NCBI GenBank assembly: GCA_002269645.1 | Contig: NIVC01000012.1 | Location: 744,001 to 808,000, forward strand | Length of the DNA stretch: 64,000 nt | Origin: Macrostomum lignano | Taxonomy: Eukaryota | Direction: 5' to 3' | In this document: positions 35,901-46,595 of the stretch, piece by piece | How the letters are laid out: each line of letters starts with the position of its first letter | Numbering within the stretch: position 1 is the first letter of the stretch | Program-made: the position numbers and the translations under genes | The notes under the pieces: generated by a model | The model's database searches: none | The model's input: the letters and a program-made list of their open reading frames with translations, nothing else | What the model was told of the DNA's origin: nothing

Positions 35901-38900
35901 CTGTCAATCCCTTCGGTCAGCGCCTGGAACGCCTTGCTCAGCAGCGGATCTTGCAGTTGCTCCTCGTGCAGGCGGCTGTCGTCCCACCGAGGCTGCAGGC
36001 GCGTGCCGGCCACCCGGCTCAGCGCATCCGGCACGACGTTGTCCATGCCAGGCCGGTACAGCAGCTCGAACGAAAACTGCTGCAGCGTAGAAAGCCATCG
36101 CGCCAGCCGACCTTCGGGGTCCTTCGTTGCCAGCAGACCTTGCAGTGGCCGGTGGTCCGAGTAGACTCTGAAGCTCGGAACACTCAGCAGGTACGTCCTG
36201 AAGTGCTTCAAACTCCAGACAAGCGCCAGCAGCTCGCGGTCGGTCGCCGAGTAGTTGCGCTCGGCCTTGTTGAGGGTGCGAGAGGCGAACGCCACAGGCA
36301 GCTCGGCGTCACCGTGCAGCTGGCTGAGCACCGCGCCGACGGCGAACTGACTGCTGTCGCAGCTGAGCACAAACTGCTTGGTGAAATCTGGCAGTCGCAG
36401 CACCGGAGCTGTCGTCAGCCGGTCCTTCAACTCGCGGAACGCTCGCTCGCAGTCGCTGCTCCACGCGAAGTCCCTCGATTTCACGCTGACGTCGTGCAGG
36501 ACCCTCGCCGTCTGGCTGAAGCCTGGGATGAACCGGCGGTAGAAACCCAGCATTCCAAGAAACCGCTTCACCTCCTCGTTCGTCGTTGGGCTGGGCATGC
36601 TGCGAATGGCCTCGACCTTGCCGGGATCCGGTGCGATGCCCTGCTCGCTGATCAGGTGTCCCAGGTACAGCACCCGGCGATGGCCGAACGCGCTCTTGGC
36701 CTTGTGCAGCTTGAGTCCCGCGTCTCGCAGCCGCTTAAAAACTTCCGCCAGCCTCTCTAAGTGCTCGTCGAACGTCCTTCTGAAGACAATGATGTCGTCG
36801 ATATAAGTCAGCACGGACTCCCAGGACAGGCCGGACATCACCAGCTCCATGAGCCGCTGGAACGTCGCCGGGGCATTGCACATCCCGAAGCCCATCTTGC
36901 AGAATTGCGTCAGGCCGCGCGTCGAATAGAAAGCCGTCTTGTACCGGTCCTCCTCCGCCACCTCCACCTGGTGGTAGCCCTGCCGGCAGTCGATGGTGGA
37001 GAACCAGGAGCATCCGACAAGCGCATCCATGGCCTGCTGCAGGTGCGGCAGCGGGTATGCATCCTTGACCGTGCAGGCGTTGAGCTGCCGCCAGTCCGTG
37101 CACAGTCTGATGTCGCCGTTCTTCTTGCGGACCACCAGCAGGTTGCTGGCCCATGGCGATGTCGACGGTTCGATGATGCCGCTTTCCAGCATCTGACCGA
37201 TCTTCTTGTCCACCTGGTCTCGCACAGACAGCGGCAGCCGGCGCTGGACCTGCCGGTGTGGCCGCGCTCCCGGCTCCAGCTCGATTTGGTGCTGCAGCAA
37301 CGCCGTCGTGCCCAGGTCGTACTCGTGCCTGGCGAACAGGTCCTCGTTGCTCTCCAACAGCTGTCGCAGCCTCGCAGCATCCGGTTCGGGCAGCTCCGCG
37401 TTGATGTTCCAACCGACGGGGTTCTCCTGGGCCGCCTCCTGGCGACCGTCCCCGTCTGTCATCGCGCCTTCGAACGTGCCGACCGCCTTGTTGGCGTACA
37501 GCAGCACGGGCTCCTCTGCAAGGTTGCACATTTTCACCGGGATGCGGCAGTCGTCCGAGACCGCCAGCACGCGGCCCGGCAGGACGGCAGTGGACTTCAC
37601 GAAGTCCTCAGACGGCTCAAAGACTCCCTGCTCGCCGCTGGAATCCACCTTGAGCCACACCAGCTTCTCGCTGCGGGCGGGCAGCTCCGTAGTTGCCGCC
37701 ACACGCGCCACCAGGACACTCGGCACCAGGCGACAATCTGCTCGAGCCGGCTCGCTGCTGAAAGGCACAGCTGTGCCGTCGAACCTGACGACGCCTTCTT
37801 TAATGTCAATGGTCATCGCCTGCGACACCTCGCCAATGAAGTCCATGCCGATGATCAGGCTGGGCTGGATGCCGTCCACGACTGTGAAGCGATGGCGCAC
37901 GCGGATGGTCTGGCCGATCGAAACATCCGCTGCTGACAGGCCAAGGCAGCGCAGCCGGGATCCGTCGACAGCCGTCGGCAGCGCACCGATGTCGGTGGAG
38001 TCGATCTTGCACTGCAGTCTGTCGAACAGTGACTTGTCCATCAACGAAACTTGCGCGCCGGTGTCGAGCAGAGCAGGCGCTGACACGCTGCCAAAGTGCA
38101 CCTTCACGAAGACTGAAGGCGCTGATCTGAGGGCCCCTTTTGAGCGGGTCGGTGCTGGCCCCAGGCTGCCGACCCTCAGAAGTTTCCCTGCGGCTGACCA
38201 GTTGGTGTCGGGCACACCGCGGCGGAGTGACCCTTGCCTAAGCACCGGCTGCAGCGGCTGCCGATCGCCTTTGGGCACCGCCTAGCAATGTGACCCGGCT
38301 CGCCGCAGCTGAAGCACTTAATGGGTCCCTTCTGACGCCTGTCTCTTCCGGGTGGTCCCGTTCGCACGCTGGCTGTCAGCTGCTGCATCTGCTGCTCCAG
38401 CTGGCTCAGCCGTCTGTCTTCTACCGACACCGCGGCTGATGAGGCTGTAGTTGCGTGGCTCACCAGCTCAAGCTGCGCAGCTCTGTCGACGATGGCGGCC
38501 AGCGAACACGAGTCCGCGTCCTGGTCCTTCAACAGCGCATCTCTCACGGCAGATGGCAGGAGGCGCATCAGACGAAACTTCACGTCCTTTTCCCGAGCCG
38601 CCACGGAGTCGTCCGGGCGGGCCGAAGGTGGAGAAGCTTCAGGCTGTAAGCGAGCTCCCTCAGCGACTCGTTGGGCTGTCGCTTTCGCTCTTCAAACTCC
38701 TCCATTGCTCTGTAGCAGCTCAGACTGTTGCCGAAGCACTCGATCAGCTTCTCCTTCAGCCTTTCATAGCTGGCTGACACGTCTGCCGGCTGCTCCCAGA
38801 CGAAGATTTGCGCTTCTCCTGTCACCAGCAGTCTCAGCTTCTTTGCCTTCTTCTTGTCGTCCCATTCGCAGTCGTCGGCGAAGTCCTCAAACGTGCTTAG

Positions 38901-39770
38901 CCACATTCTCACGTTGGAGTCGCCGCTGAACTTTGGAGGCAATAAACTGGCTTGCTCTGATTTGGCCATACTGAGACCGCTGCCACCAGTGTAAGACCGT
39001 GGGTTGAATTGCAGAGAATCAAAACGTGAGGAGACCTCACTGGCTCACGCCAATATATTTATTGCCAAAGTTGGGGTGGGTGTAACCACCCTAAGCACGC
39101 ACACGCCGCAGCGCTAACCCCCAACCCCCAAACCAGCCAGACGTGCACATCTAAGTGCACGCGCACCAACAAGCCAGACTACAGCTTGATTCCCCCAATA
39201 AGGCTTAAATTGCTTGCTCCTAGGCTCAATTAGCTTGCAAAATGCTATATTACCTAGATGGGCCTCTCAAGCCGCCTCGGACGCAGCGCGAAACCCCCGA
39301 GGTTAAGACCATAGACTATATAGCTTCTACTGTCGGCTGCCCTCAAGACATTAGTAGCAGCTGGTGTCTGCGGCCCAAACCCCAGGGTTTTCGGGGCCTC
39401 GGAGACGGCCGCTAAATACATTAGCAAATTAGTGGATTAAATTATTATAAAATCAATCAACTTGCTTGTGAGCGCCGAAAAACATAGGCGTCCAAGCCCA
39501 ATTAAGAGCCAGCTGAGCACCGTACAAGTACATAGGTGTACTCTTAAGTCCAGCCTCTTTGTACACTAGCCAGCTAGCGTAGCCCATGCCCGTGTACAGG
39601 CTGGTCCACACGGGTCCGAATACCCATTTTGGCGGATTCCAGGGTGCGCGGACCAAGTTGCTATACCAGACCGGGATCTGCGAGCGCGTAATTATGGCTC
39701 CTCCGATGCCACCGACGTGAGGCAGCAGAACAAAGGCGGCCGGCTTCAAGTAGTCAGAGATTGGCGACAT
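32936..39770 (-). CDS. TSPO: Translocator protein TSPO paralog A, 174 aa; exons 39770-39466 and 33155-32936
   Basis: Exon 1 has WY..L..APWNPPKWVFGPVWTSLY and LALNWAWTPMFFG; exon 2 has LMLPYIGWL..AATLN. The phase-2 junction AA|G restores the frame (525 nt). Donor is GC (AA|GCAAGT), acceptor cag. Confidence 0.88.
34243..34436 (-). repeat. 3' LTR of the Gypsy element
   Basis: 194 bp; differs from 38990-39183 at one base (ctaaAcccc versus ctaaCcccc). Confidence 0.97.
34437..34449 (-). other. Polypurine tract
   Basis: AGGGGGAAAGTAG on the minus strand abuts the 3' LTR. Confidence 0.85.
34473..38188 (-). CDS. pol: Gypsy pol (protease, RT, RNase H, integrase) with one frameshift near 34933
   Basis: LLDTGAQVS; YIDD; CDSSQFAVGAVL and NYSATDRELLA; GHLG..C..C zinc finger and DDE core in ORF 34904..38278. 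The GPY/F-type C-terminus (KWKGPYRV, VVHHDRLK, RRSARERRPP) is in a second frame ending at 34473. Confidence 0.93.
38176..38969 (-). CDS. gag: Gypsy gag with two CCHC zinc knuckles; one frameshift near 38622
   Basis: ATG at 38969, PPKFSGD..WL..FE N-terminus; second frame gives CFSCGEPGHIARRC and CSRCLGKGHSAAVC; stop at 38176. Confidence 0.9.
38182..38188 (-). promoter_or_regulatory. -1 ribosomal frameshift slippery site G GGA AAC at the gag/pol overlap
   Basis: X XXY YYZ heptamer in the gag frame; pol is in the -1 frame; a GGGTCGG...CCGACCC stem begins 6 nt downstream. Confidence 0.8.
38976..38988 (-). other. Primer-binding site TGGTGGCAGCGGT
   Basis: Lies one base inside the 5' LTR; complementary to a tRNA 3' end ACCGCTGCCACCA (tRNA-Leu-like; the assignment is from general knowledge). 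Confidence 0.8.
38990..39183 (-). repeat. 5' LTR of the Gypsy element
   Basis: 194 bp, 193/194 identical to the 3' LTR. Confidence 0.97.
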
Positions 39771-39894
39771 TTCGGTTACGTGGCAAGGGGCTGATTGGCT
39801 GGAATGAGAGGTTCACGAACTGGCTGAACTATTCTTTACAAGGATGGTTTTAAGGCGATCGACTTCCGTGAAATTCCAGCCAAGGGCACTAGGA

Positions 39895-40395
39895 AGGCGA
39901 TTTTTAACAACAAAAATGGCTATTCAAACAACCAAAAGGGCTATTTTAACAACCAAAAGGGCTATTCTAACAACCAAAAGGGCGATTCTAACAACCAAAA
40001 TGGCGATTTTAACAACCAAAAGGGCGATTCTAACAACCAAAAGGGCGATTCTAACAACCAAAAGGGCGATTCTAACAACCAAAAGGGCGATTTTAACAAC
40101 CAAAAGGGCGATTCTAACAACCAAAAGGGCGATTCTAACAACCAAAAGGGCGATTTTAACAACCAAAAGGGCGATTCTAACAACCAAAAGGGCGATTCTA
40201 ACAACCAAAAGGGCGATTCTAACAACCAAAAGGGCGATTTTAACAACCAAAAGGGCGATTTTAACAACCAAAAGGGTGATTCTAACAACCAAAAGGGCGA
40301 TTCTAACAGCCAAAAAGGCGATTATAATAACCAAAAGGGCGATTTTAACAACCAAATGGAGATCCTAACAACGAACGACGCGATTTTAACAACCT
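39895..40395 (+). repeat. 21-bp minisatellite (ACAACCAAAAGGGCGATTCTA), about 23 copies
   Basis: Direct periodicity; lies between the TSPO-B stop and the TSPO-A start. Confidence 0.95.
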
Positions 40396-40832
40396 AAAAA
40401 GGAACTGTATAGCCCCATTTATAGCGATAACGACCAAGAAAGCAATTTAAAAGAAGCAAGAAACAGATAGAAAAACGTTGGGAAACAATTGTGTCGAAAT
40501 ATTTCTAAAGTATAGAATAGTACACTATTTTTGTTTTGCACTAAAACTTGTCTCACGAGCCGTGGCAAATCACGAAAATCGAAATTCGAAAAGCGGAACA
40601 AAATCGAATTGCACCATTTTGTGCAAATGAAAAATTCTTACGAAACGCACAGCAACAGCAAATTATCGAAAATAATAAGGCACTCATTTAATAATAGGTA
40701 TTCAAAGTTAAACTTGCAACTACAATAAATCTGGGACAAGATTGTCAAACTAAAAACTTAATGAAATAGATCAAGGGTGAATAGGTGAATTGCCAATAAA
40801 CAAGGTGTCACAAGTGCTTGCTGTCTCTAAGC

Positions 40833-41876
40833 TCAATCCCCGCGGAGAGTCTTGGAATCGTTGTTCAGCCAAACGTAGACATTGATTGACAGGGCCAGGC
40901 TAAGCCAGCCCAGGTAGGGCAGCATGAGACGGAAGGCTGTCTGACTTACCGGCCGGAACTCGTTGGCGCACAGGGCCGCGAGGCCCAGCATGCCAACCAT
41001 GTCAATGACCGACAGGCCAACTCTGTTGGCGAATGTTAAAAGCGAAGAAAATGGCGGAATAAATAGTGCTGCAGGTGGAAATTAATCTGTTGCTTTTTGA
41101 CTGATTAAACTGTCTAGGGGAGATTGGAGAAGATAGAACAGGAAGCCAGGAGTGAAAGAAGAGGGAGAAAGGGAGAGGGAGATGGGAGAGGGAGACAGGG
41201 AGAGGGAGAAAGGGAGACGGAGACAGGGAGAGGGAGACAGGTAGATGGGAGAGGGAGACAGGGAGACGGAGACAGGGAGAGGGAGACAGGTAGATGGGAG
41301 AGGGAGACAGAGAGAGGGAGAAAGGGAGAGGGAGACAGGGAGAGGGAGACAAGTAGATTGGATAGGGAGAGGGAGACAGGGAGATGGGAGAAGGGGATAG
41401 GGAGAGGGAGACAGGGAGAAGGGAGTGGGAGACAGTTAATGGGAGAAAGGAGAGAGATCACAGAGGGAGATGGAGAGATAGTCCACACGGGGAGACAGAC
41501 AGCAGAAAACTAGACTGATAACAATATGTTTAGTTTAAAGTTGCCAGCATCTGACAGACCTGTGCGCCCCAAAGAATAGCGGTGACCAGGCCCAGTTAAG
41601 AGCCAGCTGAGCACCAAACAGGTACATTGGCTTATTCTGCAGTCCGAGCTCTTTGTAAATAAGCCAGCTTGAGTAGCCAATACTCGTGTACAAAAACGAC
41701 CACATAGGCCCGAACACCCAGTTTGGCGGCGTCCACGGCGGTTTGTTGATCCGACGGTACCAGACCGGGATCTCATTGCGAGTGACAATAGCGCCGAATG
41801 CGCCGCCAAGGTGTGGCGCGATCACAAATGCCGCAGGTTTCAGGTAGGCTGAGGCGTTTGCTAGTAGGTGAGACAT
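40833..41876 (-). CDS. TSPO: TSPO paralog B, 168 aa; exons 41876-41560 and 41022-40833
   Basis: WYRRINKPPWTPPNWVFGPMW and LALNWAWSPLFFGAHR|VGL..LMLPYLGWL; GT-AG phase-2 intron; 507 nt in frame. Confidence 0.92.
41150..41475 (+). repeat. Purine-rich (GGGAGA/GGGAGACA)n low-complexity tract in the TSPO-B intron
   Basis: Almost purely A/G on the plus strand (a polypyrimidine tract on the transcript). Confidence 0.9.
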
Positions 41877-42084
41877 TGCGCAACCGGGAGCATTGGGGTC
41901 AGTAAAGTTAGCTAAACAATGTTTGTCATTTCAGACAGTGTCTAAACCAAGTCTAAATCAACATCGAAAATATATCCGCGCTCTCACTATGACCTACACA
42001 GGTAACTGGTTGCTTTGCACAGGGCAATGCTTCTTCTGGGCTGACCGTCGGAGCGAACTCTGCCCCTTCTTGCAACCTTCGGGA

Positions 42085-42435
42085 TCCAACCCCACCCCTA
42101 CTTACCCGGGTTCTAACTCCCCACTACCCCGGGTTCCAACCCTCCACTACCCCGGGTTCCAACCCCCACTACAACGGGTTCCAACCACCTCACTACCCCG
42201 GGTTCCAACCCCCCACTACCCCGGGTTCCAACCCTCCACTACCCCGGGTTCCAACCCCCACTACCCCGGGTTCCAACCCCCCACTACCACGGGCTCCAAC
42301 CCCCACTACCCCGGGCTCCAACCCCCACTACCCCGGGTTCCAACCCATCACTAGCCCGGGCTCCAACCCCCACTACCCCGGGTTCCAACCCCCACTACCC
42401 CGGGTTCCAACCCATCACTACCCCGGGTTCCAACT
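42085..42435 (+). repeat. 22-23-bp C-rich minisatellite (CCCCACTACCCCGGGTTCCAAC)
   Basis: About 15 copies, upstream of TSPO-B. Confidence 0.9.
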
Positions 42436-42846
42436 CACTATTACACAGACCGAAGACTACGCTACAGGCAGGTTCGACACGGTCCTCTCCCTTTTACATT
42501 TTAGTTGACATTCTAATGAACTTTAACAAGACATACGCAAATCTGCAGCTGTGGTGCTGTTATAAAAAAAACAAATAAAAATAAATCAACCAATATAAAT
42601 TGACCACAAATCAAACTAATATAGAAACGATTCAAATTTATTTTCTTTGACAAAATCCAATGCAAAACAATAGTAAAAATAGTAAACATCGTAAAAATGT
42701 AGGATTGTGATAAAAATACAGATAGAAATTTACTGAAATTATCAATTAAATAATTGATTGCTTGTCAATGAAGGCACTTTTAGTTAAGGAATGCGCATTG
42801 TCTTTAATCAATCAACACAACTATTTTACGATCATTACGCGATCAG

Positions 42847-44208
42847 TTATTCCATGATAGTTTTTTCAAATGAATGCCAGGTCTTCTTTTCGTTGCGCAA
42901 CACTGCGGTGTCGTTATAAAAATAAACGTAGACATTGATTGACAGAGCCAGACTCAGCCAGAGCAGGTAGGGCACAATGAGGGCCCCAGCAACATGGTTG
43001 ACTTGGTAAAACTCGATGCCACAGGCGATTGAAAGGCCAATCATGGCCATCATGTCCAGCGCGGCTAGGGCCACCCTGCAAACACAAGTTTAATGGCTAA
43101 TAACTAAAATAAACCATAATGATCTAACAGTATCGATTCATTGAAGATTCGGGTTGGGTGAAGATTCGGGTTGGGTGAAGATTCGGGTTGGGTGATGATT
43201 CGGGTTCGGTGATGATTCGGGTTGGGTGAAGATTCGAGTTAGGTGAAGATTCGGGTTAGGTGAAGAATCGGGTTGAGTGAAGAATCGGTTAGGGTTAAGA
43301 TTCGGGTTGGGTGATGATTCGAGTTGGGTGAAGATTCAGTCAGGTTGGGTGAAGAATCAGGTTGGGTAAAGATTCGGGTTGGGTGAAGATTCGGGTTGGG
43401 TAAAGATTCGGGTTGGGTAAAGATTCGGGTTGGGAAAAGATTCGGGTTGGGTAAAGATTCGGGTTGGGAAAAGATTCGGGTTGGGTAAAGATTCGGGTTG
43501 GGTAAAGATTCGGGTTGGGTAAAGATTCGGGTTGGGAAAAGATTCGGGTTGGGTAAAGATTCGGGTTGGGTAAAGATTCGGGTTGGGTAAAGATTCGGGT
43601 TGGGTAAAGATTCGGGTTGGGTAAAGATTCGAGTTGGGTGAAGATTCAGTCAGGTTGGGTGAAGAATCGGTTTGGGTGAAGATTCGGGTTGGGTGAAGAT
43701 TCGGGTTGGGTGAAGATTCGAGTTGGGTGAAGATTCGGGTTGGGTGAAGATTCGAGTTGGGTGAAGAATCGGGTTGAGTAAAGAATCGGTTAGGGTTAAG
43801 ATTTGGGGTTGGGTGAAGGATCTCAAGATTCAGATTTGCAGAAATCAGTGTAAATTCTGCATAAAAACAATGTGACGAACACAATACGCACCAGTGAGCG
43901 CCGAAGAACAGGGGCGACCAAGCCCAGTTCAAAGCCAGTTGGGCGGCATACAGATACATTCCAACATTTTGAAATCCTACATGAAGGAACACAATCCAGC
44001 TAGCAAAGCCAATGCATGAGTACAAGAAGATCCACATTGGTGGGAAGACCCAGTTTGGTGGAGTCCATGGTGGCTTGTTGAGCTTGAGGTACCAATCTTT
44101 GAGCTGTTTGCCAGTCACTATGGAGCCAACAGCACCACCAACATTGGGAAAAATGATGAAGGCTGCGGCTTGGAGCACAGTCAGCACAGAGGCCAGTACT
44201 GTGTCCAT
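42847..44208 (-). CDS. TSPO: TSPO paralog C, 181 aa; exons 44208-43892 and 43075-42847
   Basis: WYLKLNKPPWTPPNWVFPPMW and LALNWAWSPLFFGAHW|VAL..LIVPYLLWL; GT-AG phase-2 intron at the same codon as in A and B; 546 nt in frame. Confidence 0.92.
43138..43815 (+). repeat. 17-bp G-rich minisatellite (GATTCGGGTTGGGTAAA), about 40 copies, filling the TSPO-C intron
   Basis: Period of 17 (43504/43521). Confidence 0.95.
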
Positions 44209-46254
44209 TTGCTCGGGGGCTACAGTGCTATTAGACTGAAAATATTAAAAAAATATTTTTATATCAAAAGAATCTAAAATATAATGCAATAGCTAAATAT
44301 TCAATTGCAATAATATTATAGAGTTTAATTGTAGGTACTGATATTTTTGGAAGTTCTAAATACCTGTTTTTTAGGTAGAACATAAAGTTAAAGAAGCATA
44401 TATTTCCTATATTAAATAATATTTATCTAATAATATTAAGCCTTAGACTCACAACTTGAAAGTTGGAGCTCGGGATTTAACTTTCAACAACATTTTATCA
44501 ATATGAGTATTAGATTAGGCCTAATTACTTTCCATAATACATATTTCATCTACAAATCATGATTTGTAATTTGTAAATTATGGTTGAATAGATACAAATC
44601 TTGCATAGAAATAGTTTGTATTAATTATAATATGCAATATCACAATTCAAAAATAAACTGCAACATGAAATCTTAGCTTGTTTATAAAATAAAACACTAA
44701 AAAAATGTTAACAAAATAATTTAGATATGCAAAAACCAGACTGAAACTAGACAAAAAACTGTTTTTTTGGGGCTAAAACCAGTTTGTTGGTGAACTGGTT
44801 AACTAGAATTGGCATCCCTAGGGTGTAAACTAGGAAAAGTATAAACAATTATTCTTATTATTATCTTTTCTTATTATAGTAATAATAATTTATTACTACT
44901 CAATAAGAATTAATAGGCTTAAATGACCTTTATTTGTTTTTGATTTTGTGTTAAATTGAAAAACAATGAAAATAAATGAATGTTGCTAATTTCAAAGCTT
45001 TAAACGAAATCCTTAGGGTCCTTAATCCTTAAGATTTTTATGCCACATGCACATTGTATAATTATGATAAGATAAATATAGTCTTAGTATTTTTCTTGTA
45101 CAGTATTATGTCAATGATCGACACTAGGCCTATTATAGTTTAAAAAATAGCTATTGAATCGATTGGTAGTTATTTAGAAGACAAACAATTCGCTAAAATA
45201 GTTATTATTAATATAAACAAATAATATAAACTATTAGAAGAAATTATTACATAATTATATTACACAAAAGCATGAAAAGGCTTTTGCATGAACGAATACA
45301 CTAAACGAAGGCGAAGCACAGCAAATAAATATTTAGTGTATTACTATATAGAGACGGACAACTAATTTTTAGGATTTAGTCGACTTGACTGCTTACCTGT
45401 GTTCACAGTTAATAGGTCAACGGATCGGATTGAAAGAGAGCGATTGAATGCTTCTTTAAATAGAGCAAATGAACTGTTGTTAAAAATAGACGTTTATGGA
45501 AGCATTCATTTTAACAAGCATCAAGCGAAAACATGCAAAATATTAAGAATTTTCATACTTTCTTTTAATTGCTTCGTTTTGTAGCAAAAAATAAATCGAC
45601 ATAGCAACCTTTGAGAAATTTGATATTCTATTTTTACTTCGAGTCGTTTTATCCTAGAAATAAATATTACTACTTGTTAATGCCTTATTAACCTTAGAGA
45701 CACCCCATTGTAAAAAATTAAAGTGTGTAATCAAAGAATTTTCTGGAATATAATGCCAAGTACCACTAGAAGTCACGGTGATAAATAGTTCAGGTCCTTG
45801 TACATGTAGAAAATGTTTGCATTAAATTAGTATTGCAATAATATCCATCCGTAGGATATCAGCAATAATATTCAGCCACCAAAATTCAATTAATCAGCCT
45901 AAAATAGCGATTAAATACTCCAAACCTGCATCTAGACATCAGAAATTTTTACTTATATGAATATATGAATTATGAGAGTCCTTTTATTCCAGAAGAGCAC
46001 CAGATCTTCTGACAGGTAGATCGAAGCTGTACATGTATGTACCACAGAATACACCAGAATGTTCAATCGACCCCTCTGCATAAAAACCGTGGCAACATGA
46101 AAAAAAACAGAGTGTGTGTGTACTCTGTGGTATGCACATATATAAAAATATATATAGCTGCAGTTTTATTCATGCACATATACTGTATTTACAGTTATAC
46201 TTTACTCTCCTAGCTTGTTTATTCTGACGAAAAATACTAGCTAGCTAGGACATT

Positions 46255-46595
46255 TTAGTACCAGGGGCTTTAGCACCAGGGGCGTCAGCACCAGGGGCAC
46301 CAGCATCAGGGGCGCCAGCAACAGCTAGGGGCGCCAGCACCAGAGGCGCCAGCACCAGGGGCGCCAGCACCAGGGGTGCCATGGACCAGGGGCGCCAGCA
46401 CCAGGGGCGCCAGAACCAGGGGCGCCAGCACCAGGGGCTTTAGCACCAGGGACGCCAGAACCAGGGGCTTTAGCACCAGGGGCTTTAGCACCAGGGGCTT
46501 TAGCACCAGGGGCGCCAGAACCAGGGGCGCCAGCACCAGGGGCGCCAGGACCAGGGGCGCCAGCACCAGGGGCGCCAGCACTAGGGGCGCCAGCA
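46255..46595 (+). repeat. 15-bp GC-rich minisatellite (CACCAGGGGCGCCAG)
   Basis: About 22 copies with a GGGGCTTTAG variant. Confidence 0.95.

Larger units (their letters stand above)
34243..39183 (-). mobile_element. Full-length, very young Ty3/Gypsy LTR retrotransposon (4941 bp)
   Basis: Two 194-bp TG...CA LTRs with one mismatch, GCTT 4-bp TSD (34239-34242 and 39184-39187), PBS, PPT, gag and pol in PR-RT-RH-INT order. Confidence 0.97.
33502..39249. mobile_element. MITE-like foldback element (about 803 bp net), interrupted by the Gypsy insertion
   Basis: Imperfect ~90-bp inverted repeats: 33502-33591 versus 34215-34242 plus 39188-39249; TTA on both outer sides (33499-33501 and 39250-39252); no ORF. 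Confidence 0.72.

Noticed and set aside
34408-38929. Long plus-strand and alternate-frame ORFs over the Gypsy element (e.g. 36761..37936)
   Set aside because: Shadow ORFs expected from GC-rich codon usage of pol on the opposite strand; no recognisable motifs.
34243-39183. High GC of the Gypsy relative to flanks as a sign of horizontal transfer
   Set aside because: Host exons nearby (TSPO exon 2) are also GC-rich; composition alone is not evidence.
39844-40368. (TTKRAIL)n and (VVRIALL)n ORFs; likewise ORFs at 41002-41513, 41893-42354 and 46306-46600
   Set aside because: Translations of minisatellites or low-complexity tracts.
43357-43891. 283-aa TSPO-C with a long repetitive C-terminal extension (ORF track)
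   Set aside because: Read-through into the intron; a GT donor at the position conserved in the paralogs and a proper second exon exist.
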